From positions 1-17,881 of the forward strand of contig CAJWCD010000076.1 in NCBI GenBank assembly GCA_913020725.1: a stretch of 17,881 bases of DNA, given 5' to 3'. The position numbers and the translations under genes are program-made. The DNA is from an uncultured Pseudomonadota bacterium. Lineage in GTDB: Bacteria > SAR324 > NAC60-12. Below, piece by piece: positions 1 through 7,378 of this stretch (the first letter of the stretch is position 1; each line of letters starts with the position of its first letter). The notes beneath the pieces were generated by a model. It was not told the origin of the DNA. It ran no database searches and saw nothing but the letters and a program-made list of their open reading frames with translations.

Positions 1-11
1 TTTATAAATTT

Positions 12-35
12 CTGCACTGATTTGGTGCAGTTTTT
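12..35 (+). terminator. Possible intrinsic terminator hairpin just past the end of the island operon
   Basis: CTGCAC-tgatttg-GTGCAG stem followed by TTTTT on the + strand, ~20 bp beyond the stop codon at 51. May act bidirectionally. Confidence 0.4.
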
Positions 36-50
36 CCAGTTGAAAGTGTT

Positions 51-932
51 TCACTGTTGCAATAAAAAATTTATTCTTTCAATTGATTTTTTAAATAATT
101 TCTTTTCGTTCGTATTGATTTCACCTTCGTGGTAATACATATTTGCACCGGACAGGTTACCGCTTTTTTCTTCTATATATCCCATTGTAAAGTAGTACCT
201 GACTCCACTTTCATGACTTTGAATTCGTAATTTTGCAGCCTCGAAAATCCTACTGCCTATGAAATCAGCAGCCATTTTATCAATCTCAAAAGTGGATTGT
301 TCTTGCACAACACTCTTTAAGTATGGAGCAAACGTCTTTCTTAAAATATTTTGTATGGCTTGGGTTAGGTGTATGTTTGTGCCGCTTGGTAGGATTCCAG
401 TCGTTTTTACATTTATTGGGAATTCAATAGTTATTACCTCTTTTCCTGAATCTTTAATCACGATCTTTGCTTGCCCTTTCGTGCTTATGGTTGTTTGGTA
501 GCTTCTCACTTTCCCAGTTCTTGATGAACATGGATTTTTCTTGCGCAGATAATTGCAGCGAGTTAAAGTGACATTTTCAGTAATTTGCCTTGATGACTCG
601 TTTGGTTTTTCCAGTTTCAACGAAACTGTGATTGCCGTGAAATCCTTGGTGGGGACAACCTGGCCAACACCAAATGGCGCAATGAGTTTTCCTGTGCTGT
701 TGACATCTTGCATGACATCATAATCGCTGTTCATCAATAATTCAGTTAAAATATTTTTCAAATGATAACCATCTCTATCTAAATTAGTCACCAAAATTTG
801 TTTGTTTGTTAAAATTTTCAGTGGTGGTGTAAAGTAGGTGATTGTAAAGTTTTTTCTTGCAGAGAAAGGGCTACACCCAAAAAGCAACATTGATACTGCG
901 AAGCACCAAGCACTACAACGTATTTTTTTCAT
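51..932 (-). CDS. Hypothetical lipoprotein with TPR-like C-terminus (paralog of 913..2124)
   Basis: 293 aa. Signal peptide II with lipobox LFGC, Cys loop RCNYLRKKNPC, C-terminal YYFTMGYIEEKSGNLSGANMYY resembling a TPR. Overlaps the end of the upstream ORF. Confidence 0.85.
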   Translation of the reverse strand: MKKIRCSAWCFAVSMLLFGCSPFSARKNFTITYFTPPLKILTNKQILVTNLDRDGYHLKNILTELLMNSDYDVMQDVNSTGKLIAPFGVGQVVPTKDFTAITVSLKLEKPNESSRQITENVTLTRCNYLRKKNPCSSRTGKVRSYQTTISTKGQAKIVIKDSGKEVITIEFPINVKTTGILPSGTNIHLTQAIQNILRKTFAPYLKSVVQEQSTFEIDKMAADFIGSRIFEAAKLRIQSHESGVRYYFTMGYIEEKSGNLSGANMYYHEGEINTNEKKLFKKSIERINFLLQQ

Positions 933-2124
933 TCAACACCTTGATGTTTTTAAGCGCTTCGACATACATTCTTTTGTAGCCGCCTGCATTGATGGCTTTT
1001 GTATAGTATTCTTTTGCTATCTCAAAATCTCCATAGGTATGATAAATTAATCCCAGATTATAATAATCCGTTGACGATTCAAACATGTTTTCAATAACGT
1101 TTTTTTCCAGAATTTTTCTAGCAACTTCAATTTCACCCTGCTTCAGCCATGCTATTGCAGCATTGTGATTTCCTTCATCAATTTCCAGCCTAACTGTCAG
1201 GTTCATTGTCCCTATGTTATTGCTAATGATCGGGCCTAGTCCCGCTGCAATACTTTGGTTCAAAATTTTTTCATCCTGATAAGGTGTTCTCATTAGTTGG
1301 TAACCATTGAGGCTTTTATGATGAGTGTATTGATCATTTTCATTTATGTAGAAATCACCAGAATACCAAAGATCAATCAACGTTAATGCGTTCTGATCCA
1401 ATCTGATTTCATTCCAAGTTGAGTTTGCTGTAGCTCGACAAGGTTTATATTTTTTTGGTGGTTTTTTTAAATGAAGATGAGAAGCCTCGACAGGCAGCGA
1501 GGGATCCGAAAAAGTGGCAAGCGGCTTTTCATTTGAGAGGGGCAATGCTAGATTCAGGATGTCAGTTTTTGTTGGAATTTTCAAGGAAGTGACTGACACA
1601 GGGTCTTCCAGAAGCGGATTGTCTAAGTATTGACAGCGAGTTTCCTTCCTATAAAAATTATACTTTCTTTCTTTTTCATACCTTCCCGTTTGGATACTGT
1701 AGGATATTTTTAAGCGAATCAGCGCGTCTAGTTTTGGATCTTTGTGACCTGCGGCAGGTCTGATTTTTCTTAAATCATTTTTAATTCGCTGATACTCTTC
1801 CAACGAGAATACTGATTTTCCATCAAAGGATAATGATTCACTTAACGCATCAATTATAATTTTCTTGTTTTGAGGCAAGATTCCTTTTTTGATAACCCTG
1901 TTCGAATGTAACGAGATCCTTCTTTCAGAGAAATCTATTTTATCGAGTTCCAAATCAACAACAACCGTTTTAGCTTTGTTAAATTTTAAATCATTGGTGA
2001 TTTTCCTTTCTAACTGCAGGAAATGCCGATCTGCACAACCATGAAGAACGATTGAAACAAACACTGCATATAACAAAATAATTAACTTATTTGATAACAT
2101 ACGCTTTTGTTTCTGAGATGACAT
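913..2124 (-). CDS. Lipoprotein with C-terminal TPR, carrying a 52-codon in-frame insertion
   Basis: 403 aa. AGGAGG 8 nt before ATG 2124, lipobox LHGC, TPR motif YYNLGLIYHTYGDFEIAKEYYTKAI. Residues LDNPLLED...EASHL are encoded by the inverted copy of 3394-3549. Confidence 0.88.
   Translation of the reverse strand: MSSQKQKRMLSNKLIILLYAVFVSIVLHGCADRHFLQLERKITNDLKFNKAKTVVVDLELDKIDFSERRISLHSNRVIKKGILPQNKKIIIDALSESLSFDGKSVFSLEEYQRIKNDLRKIRPAAGHKDPKLDALIRLKISYSIQTGRYEKERKYNFYRKETRCQYLDNPLLEDPVSVTSLKIPTKTDILNLALPLSNEKPLATFSDPSLPVEASHLHLKKPPKKYKPCRATANSTWNEIRLDQNALTLIDLWYSGDFYINENDQYTHHKSLNGYQLMRTPYQDEKILNQSIAAGLGPIISNNIGTMNLTVRLEIDEGNHNAAIAWLKQGEIEVARKILEKNVIENMFESSTDYYNLGLIYHTYGDFEIAKEYYTKAINAGGYKRMYVEALKNIKVLNEKNTL
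1473..1628 (-). repeat. 156-bp inverted repeat, copy 1 (inside the lipoprotein gene)
   Basis: Reverse complement matches 3394-3549 at 152/156 positions. Mismatch pairs are 1608/3414, 1594/3428, 1581/3441 and 1487/3535. Confidence 0.97.
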
Positions 2125-2656
2125 TGAGCTTGCCTCCTGTCTCCTCTGTGGTTGATAAACTCAAAGAGTACTTATTTCCGGAAGTGACGGCCATTAACAA
2201 TTCTGTTGAATCATCTATTTTATAGATCAAGACGCTATTGTTTCGTGAAACGCTAGGCGTGGTTACAGTCTTAACAATAAGTTCATTCCAACTCTTACTG
2301 ATTGTACAACCCTTGCCACAGTCACTCCTTTGATTTCTGTTGACAAGGTTTGTGGTTGTGTATTTTTTTGTGTCACCCTGCACTTTTCTAGTGTAGCCAT
2401 AAAGCACTATATTTTTTTCTGTTTTTACGACACCCATGTTTTCAAACGAATTGATTGAAATAATTTGAAACCCTTTCTCTCTTAGCTTTCCTAGGATTTT
2501 GTTAAGTAGTTCATTTGTCTCACATTCACAATAGATGACACTGTAATTTTTTTCGATAACAAGTTCTTTCGCTTTACTCTTTTCTATTATTGTTAATTTT
2601 TGTTTTGAACACCCAACTATTGAAATCAACATGAAAACAAAAAATAGTTTCTTCAT
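2087..2656 (-). CDS. Hypothetical lipoprotein
   Basis: 189 aa. MKKLFFVFMLISIVGC lipobox and internal CGKGC loop. Its start overlaps the stop of 2653..3255. Confidence 0.85.
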   Translation of the reverse strand: MKKLFFVFMLISIVGCSKQKLTIIEKSKAKELVIEKNYSVIYCECETNELLNKILGKLREKGFQIISINSFENMGVVKTEKNIVLYGYTRKVQGDTKKYTTTNLVNRNQRSDCGKGCTISKSWNELIVKTVTTPSVSRNNSVLIYKIDDSTELLMAVTSGNKYSLSLSTTEETGGKLNVISETKAYVIK

Positions 2657-3255
2657 AATCTAAAACCTATTGTGAAATTTAACCCAATAGTTAATGCCGG
2701 GTTGTTATCCTTGATAAAGTTTTTATAATTTTTATTTTCAGATTGAAATGTACTATCGTCTGCCAAATCAAAGGAACTGGTATTTATTTCACTTGTGGAC
2801 AAAGCAAAAACACGAATCCCGTAATACACCTCATCACGATCATAGCCTTTGATAGTGGTGGAATACTGCACCATGGGTCCAATGTAAGTAACATTTTTAC
2901 TGAATTTGGTTTTGTTAATCTTTCCAAAATATTCATTTAAATTGGTGGTCACTCCAACATCCCACCGATGAACATATTTTTCAATGCGGTAAAAAAGATG
3001 GAAATCGTAACTTGTTAGTTTTAATTTTCCTGTAAACCCTGAAACGGTATGAACCTTGGTTGATTGTACACTAGCACTAACGCCGTAGCCTTTCACACTA
3101 GCAACTCCCATTTCCAATTGTAACGGGAAAATATTTTCCATCCTTCCTGAATAAAAAGGAAGGCCGATTCCAAAATCCCACGTCTCTGCAAAAACACTGC
3201 TGCTGCTGAATAACAAAAAAATCATCGCTAAAATTAAATTCCTCACTACGTTCAC
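2653..3255 (-). CDS. Probable outer-membrane beta-barrel protein
   Basis: 200 aa. Signal peptide I (VFA|ETW), alternating hydrophobic/aromatic beta-strand pattern, C-terminal LTIGLNFTIGFRL resembling a beta-signal. Confidence 0.75.
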   Translation of the reverse strand: MNVVRNLILAMIFLLFSSSSVFAETWDFGIGLPFYSGRMENIFPLQLEMGVASVKGYGVSASVQSTKVHTVSGFTGKLKLTSYDFHLFYRIEKYVHRWDVGVTTNLNEYFGKINKTKFSKNVTYIGPMVQYSTTIKGYDRDEVYYGIRVFALSTSEINTSSFDLADDSTFQSENKNYKNFIKDNNPALTIGLNFTIGFRL

Positions 3256-3393
3256 CTAATTAAAAAACGTAAAAATTTAAAAACAACACATCCGCTTTTA
3301 CTTGTCATTCAGTTTTAAAAAAATCAGATCTCATCTTCTGGTTCATTTCATGAATTATTGTCACTGTAATGCTGGGATACATAGCGACTCAGA

Positions 3394-3549
3394 ACTTAGA
3401 CAATCCGCTTCTGAAAGACCCTGTGTCGGTCACTTCCTTGCAAATTCCAACAAAAACTGACATCCTGAATCTAGCATTGCCCCTCTCAAATGAAAAGCCG
3501 CTTGCCACTTTTTCGGATCCCTCGCTGCCTGTCGGGGCTTCTCATCTTC
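3394..3549 (+). repeat. 156-bp inverted repeat, copy 2 (upstream region plus first 20 codons of 3490..4332)
   Basis: Matches the reverse complement of 1473-1628 (152/156). Hand count gives 76/156 G+C. Lies at the AT/GC transition. Confidence 0.97.
3438..3466 (+). promoter_or_regulatory. Candidate sigma70-type promoter for 3490..4332 and the surA-like gene
   Basis: TTGCAA (3438-3443), 17-bp spacer ending in TGn, CATCCT (3461-3466), 23 bp before ATG 3490. The -10 match is weak. Confidence 0.4.
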
Positions 3550-4332
3550 TGCGGAACCGGGCTGGTCGCCGCTTCCGGTCATGCCGCAACGTCACCGCTT
3601 GCGTGGGAAGATCTCCAGTTTCAAATGAACCAGCATGTCAAATGGTGGCGCATTTACCTTGAAACCGAGGTGCAAGTGTTCGATCCCCTGCAAACGGTCA
3701 CGGACGCCAAGGGCAAGTTTCGTCCGGTGGAGCGGCCCGCCCGCCGCTACCGCCAGCGCATTCACTGGAAAGCCGATGAGGCCATCATCGTGGAGTCCCT
3801 GGGATTCCAGCAGCGACGGCTGCACGTTCACCTTGAATACAAGGACAACTACGCCGACACGGTCCTGCATCCCGGATTCGACTGGCACGAAACTTCGCCG
3901 TGGTACTTGCGACTGTTAGGCCGAAATTCTCAGAACCGTGAGCAAACACTCTGGGAGTACGGCCTTTCCGGATTTGACGTCACCCTGCAACTCACTGAGG
4001 ACAGTCACGCCTTCTATCGTGTGGGCCATCCTGAATCCGGAGCTTACGCCTTGATTCAGCCTGTCAACTTCCAGATTCACTCGCTGCACCGCGAAGTTCA
4101 ACAGCCGGATGGCACGGTTTGGCAGTTGGAGGTACGCTTTTCGAAATTCAAGATTTACCGGAAACAGGCGTATCCGCAAGTCACGGAATACCTCCTTGAC
4201 GGCAAGCTCCACAAACGCGTCACTGTCACCAAGCTGGAGTACCTGCGACGCATTCCTGTGACCGATCGTAGCACTGCACTGCAACCCTTTGCTCAACCGA
4301 TGACCTCACTTGCGCTCGACCATGCCCGCTAG
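3490..4332 (+). CDS. Secreted hypothetical protein (beta-rich, possibly LolA-like fold)
   Basis: 280 aa. N-terminal signal peptide, beta-strand-rich C-terminus (YPQVTEYLLDGKLHKRVTVTKLE), overlaps the downstream chaperone gene. The fold guess is weak. Confidence 0.75.
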   Translation: MKSRLPLFRIPRCLSGLLIFCGTGLVAASGHAATSPLAWEDLQFQMNQHVKWWRIYLETEVQVFDPLQTVTDAKGKFRPVERPARRYRQRIHWKADEAIIVESLGFQQRRLHVHLEYKDNYADTVLHPGFDWHETSPWYLRLLGRNSQNREQTLWEYGLSGFDVTLQLTEDSHAFYRVGHPESGAYALIQPVNFQIHSLHREVQQPDGTVWQLEVRFSKFKIYRKQAYPQVTEYLLDGKLHKRVTVTKLEYLRRIPVTDRSTALQPFAQPMTSLALDHAR

Positions 4333-5266
4333 ATTTTGGCTTCTGCTGCTCGGAGCTTTGTTGTTTTCCTCCGCCCAATCTGGAGCAGCCCCCCAAGTAA
4401 TTGACCGCATTTTCCTGATTGTCAACAGTCAGATGATGACCCAGAGCGAGGCAGAAGACATTGTCCGTTCGCTCAAGGAACAGATTCAACAAGCGATCCC
4501 GGAAGGGCCGGAGCGCGACCGGCAGTTTGCTGAAGTCGACCGCACCACCGTGGACAGTCTGATTCAGGAACTGCTGCTGCTCGACCGCGCTCGTGTTCTG
4601 AAGATCGAGATTTCCGACAAAGAAGTGGATGCGCAATTGGACCGCATTTCCGAATCCAATCCACAACTGCTCACGGTGATGCCGGAAAGCGAGCTACAGC
4701 TACGCATCGTCAAAGACCTCAAGAAGCAGCGAGTGCTGTCCCGCGAGGTGGACTCGAAGATTCGGGTGGACGGCACCGAGATTCAGTCCGCCTGCCGGAC
4801 GCATCGGCAATCGTTGCGGCAGATCAGCTTGTCACAGATCCTCTTCCGGACTTCCGAAGTGGAGGCGCAAAACCGGGCACAAGAAGTGCGTGCTGCTCTT
4901 ACGGCAGGCAAGGAATTTTCCGCCATCGCCCGCGAGGTTTCGGATGACCCCGGGGCGAAAAAAAATGGTGGGGCACTCGGAAAATTCCAGCAGGGGCAAC
5001 TGCTCCCGGCGATTGACCAAGCTGCCTTTACCCTTCCGGTGGCGCATCCCAGCGAACTGGTGCAATCCCAGTTTGGCTTCCACGTCCTCTTCATCACCAG
5101 GGAGGCGTTCCCCAACGCTCCAGACTGCGCGAAGCTCTCCGCCGAGCAGTCAGACGCGCTTGCCAATTCCGTGTACCAACAAAAACGGAACGAGGCGATC
5201 CAAACCTACCTCAACGAACTCCGGCAGTCTGCTCGCATTACCGTCAAAGAAGTTCCCTCCGAGTGA
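4322..5266 (+). CDS. surA: SurA-like periplasmic chaperone / parvulin (PpiC-type) peptidyl-prolyl isomerase
   Basis: Signal peptide from ATG 4322, SurA N-domain IDRIFLIVNSQMMT, parvulin motifs FSAIAREVSDD...GGALGKF and SQFGFHVL, C-terminal YLNELRQSARI. Confidence 0.85.
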   Translation: MPARFWLLLLGALLFSSAQSGAAPQVIDRIFLIVNSQMMTQSEAEDIVRSLKEQIQQAIPEGPERDRQFAEVDRTTVDSLIQELLLLDRARVLKIEISDKEVDAQLDRISESNPQLLTVMPESELQLRIVKDLKKQRVLSREVDSKIRVDGTEIQSACRTHRQSLRQISLSQILFRTSEVEAQNRAQEVRAALTAGKEFSAIAREVSDDPGAKKNGGALGKFQQGQLLPAIDQAAFTLPVAHPSELVQSQFGFHVLFITREAFPNAPDCAKLSAEQSDALANSVYQQKRNEAIQTYLNELRQSARITVKEVPSE

Positions 5267-5409
5267 GAGCGAGCAACGTCCCCATGTTCCTGATCGTCTC
5301 AGAGATTTCCAAAACACCGACAAGGCCAAGCTACCGACTTCAGGTTATCGCTGTGGGACGACACGCCAAAAACCGAGTGTACGACGATGCCCGCAAGCGC
5401 ACTTTTTGA
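5267..5409 (+). pseudogene. relE: RelE-family toxin remnant (5'-truncated, internal deletion)
   Basis: One frame reads PHVPDRLRDFQNTDKAKLPTSGYR and another VIAVGRHAKNRVYDDARKRTF*. These resemble RelE segments (KIKLRSSGYRL...VISVGKRERSEVY) and are joined at the shared octamer GTTATCGC (5344-5351). Confidence 0.7.
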
Positions 5410-5420
5410 AAAATGAGAGG

Positions 5421-5891
5421 TTGACAGAGCAGATTTTGCAGCCCTTCACCAAGACCGCCGGCAAGCCAATGGTGACGGTTTTGCTGGACTTCGGCTTCCA
5501 CTACGCCGATTTTGTGCTGCGCCCAGATCTGCTGTCCCTCACCCGTCTCGTGATCGGCGAGGCCGAGCGTTTTCCAGAAATCAGACGGAACTACCACCGC
5601 TCCAGTCCCCAGCAAGCCCTGTCCGGAATCATCGCTTACCTGCAAACCCTCACCGCCGAGGGCAAGCTGGAGGTCGAGGATTTTGAGCTTGCGGCCAATG
5701 ACCTGTGGTCACTGATGCTTTCCACACTCCGCGACCTCTACCTGCACATTCCGGACTTGGCGATGAGCCCGGCCGAAATCCACCGCTACCTCTTCAACGG
5801 CATCCGCGTGTTTCTGAAGGCGTACTCCACGAATGCTGACGCGGACCTCGCAGAGTTGGAGGCGTTCCGGACAAAAACGACAAAGCAATAG
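5421..5891 (+). pseudogene. TetR/AcrR-family C-terminal domain lacking the HTH (truncated gene or stand-alone domain)
   Basis: LSLTRLVIGEAERFPEI...AYLQTLTAEGKLEVEDFELAA...GIRVFLKAY is typical of TetR C-terminal ligand domains. No HTH upstream. Possible starts are TTG 5421 or ATG 5469. Confidence 0.7.
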
Positions 5892-5905
5892 CGGGCTTTT
5901 CCACT

Positions 5906-7378
5906 TCAGGGCACCACGCGCAGGTGGAGAAGCGGCTGGGAATTGAGCAGCAATTCTGGAAGTGGTGGCCAACGGATTTGAGCAAGCCCTTCCAGCACGC
6001 CGAGCAGGAATGCAGGCGAACCTTGCCGCGAAAGCAAGCGCAGGGTCGGCGACTCCGCTTGCTTGGAAAAACGTAGTTCCAGCACCAATTCAGAATCCGG
6101 ACGGTGACGTTGCAGTGGGCGGAAACTCGACTCCACCGCCTTGCGGAGTTTTTCGTGCCAAAGTTCCCGCGCCCCCTGCAGCACCTTGCGACGCGCCAGC
6201 CGTTTTTTCGTTTTGGGGCTCATGCCGATTTTGCTTGCCGAAGTGTCCGGCGGAACATGCAGATGCGTCAGTGGAGCCATGCGAAAACGGAAGGTCACAC
6301 GCAACTGTTCATCCGGAAATCCAAAAGGCAACGGCGGCAGCAACACGGTGTCCACTGCCCGGAGCGCGACTTCCTGCACACTCTCCGGCAGTTCACCCGT
6401 GGCCTGTGCCTGCGTGTCTAAAATCCGTCCGTCCCGATTGACTTTCACAGTGACCCACACCTCTCCACCTTGCGGATGTTCCCCGGACAGGTACTCGGTG
6501 GGTGGGTGCTGCGCCCAGTAAAATCGCGTCTGCTCGTTCCAACGCTTCAGGTAGTCCGTGTATTCCCAATCGTAGGTGCTGAGTTGATGGTTGGTGTAAT
6601 AGTGGACGGTGAGTTGAGGATCGGTCATCGGTCGTCGGTCGTCGGTCGTCGGTTGGTAGTCGGTCATCGATGCGCGGACATGGCCTGCTCCTACAAAGTC
6701 TGCCTTCTGCTTTTTGCCTTCTGCTTTGTCGGGATCGGCCTCAACTTTGGAGGCGTTGTCAGCAACAGTTTCAGAGGCAGCGAGTTGGGGTTGCGATTCA
6801 GGCAAGGTCGGTCCTTCCACGCGCTCCAGATACTCAAACTTGGTGATGAAGAGCGGGGCGCCCATTGCATCAACCGCCTCGGCGCTAGCTTCCTTGAGGT
6901 GGTCTTCGTCATCCGGAAATGCCAGTCCCGTGAAGCGCACCCACTCGCCGACCCGAAAGGTGGCGAGCCAGTCGTAAAGTTCGGTTCCCGGAAAAACGAG
7001 GGTGCCGTAATCCAAGTCCAGATAGGCGTTGTTCCATGTCCCCACCCGTGGCCGCACCTGAGCATCAACTCGTTGGGGATCGGCAACCGTGATTTCCAGA
7101 TACGCCTTACCATTCGCTGTTGCCCGCAGCGACGTCAGCACTCCGACCCATTCCAGAAACTGACGATCCGGGAGCAACTTCGCCAGATACTCCTTGCGCT
7201 GTTTGCGAATCAGGAACTGCTCCAGCGGATTTTGAGAATCGGACCACTGCTGATGAAACGCTGCGATGGCCTGCTGGAACTGTTGCTGTTTCACAGGCGC
7301 AACGGCGGTTTCTTGCGCAATCACCGTTCCTGCCAAAGACACGAGCAAGAGCGATCCCAGCCAACGAAGTTTGCTCAC
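5906..7378 (-). CDS. Secreted protein with an unknown N-terminal domain and two TonB/TolA C-terminal-like domains
   Basis: 490 aa. Signal peptide, acidic linker, then GEVWVTVKVNRDGRI...LPPLPFGFPDEQLRVTFRF and a second unit ELVLELRFSK...SPAF...WPPLP. GTGA overlap with the upstream gene. Confidence 0.8.
   Translation of the reverse strand: MSKLRWLGSLLLVSLAGTVIAQETAVAPVKQQQFQQAIAAFHQQWSDSQNPLEQFLIRKQRKEYLAKLLPDRQFLEWVGVLTSLRATANGKAYLEITVADPQRVDAQVRPRVGTWNNAYLDLDYGTLVFPGTELYDWLATFRVGEWVRFTGLAFPDDEDHLKEASAEAVDAMGAPLFITKFEYLERVEGPTLPESQPQLAASETVADNASKVEADPDKAEGKKQKADFVGAGHVRASMTDYQPTTDDRRPMTDPQLTVHYYTNHQLSTYDWEYTDYLKRWNEQTRFYWAQHPPTEYLSGEHPQGGEVWVTVKVNRDGRILDTQAQATGELPESVQEVALRAVDTVLLPPLPFGFPDEQLRVTFRFRMAPLTHLHVPPDTSASKIGMSPKTKKRLARRKVLQGARELWHEKLRKAVESSFRPLQRHRPDSELVLELRFSKQAESPTLRLLSRQGSPAFLLGVLEGLAQIRWPPLPELLLNSQPLLHLRVVP
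6621..6666 (+). repeat. Heptamer tandem repeat (TCGGTCG consensus) inside the TonB-C protein linker
   Basis: TCGGTCA TCGGTCG TCGGTCG TCGGTCG TCGGTTG gtag TCGGTCA. Encodes MTDYQPTTDDRRPMTD on the minus strand. Confidence 0.9.

Larger units (their letters stand above)
1..3393. other. AT-rich accessory segment (probable horizontally acquired island; left end not in window)
   Basis: Visibly much lower GC than the rest of the window, with an abrupt shift at ~3400-3550. All four ORFs encode envelope proteins of unknown function. No integrase or transposase is seen in the window. Confidence 0.75.

Noticed and set aside
1473..3549. Diversity-generating retroelement TR/VR pair (all four mismatches involve an adenine)
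   Set aside because: The adenine is in one copy at three sites and in the other copy at the fourth, so the changes are not unidirectional. Most adenines are unchanged, the repeat is mid-gene, and no reverse transcriptase is in the window.
1473..3549. Antisense regulation between the two repeat copies
   Set aside because: The host genes are divergent, so both mRNAs carry the same sense of the repeat and would not pair.
3369..3662. 97-aa ORF as an independent gene
   Set aside because: Its similarity to the lipoprotein comes only from the DNA duplication. It overlaps 3490..4332 out of frame and has no clear RBS.
4890..5420. N-terminal half of the listed 333-aa ORF
   Set aside because: It is an off-frame overlap with the surA-like gene plus the relE relic. 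Only 5421-5891 looks like a real protein domain.
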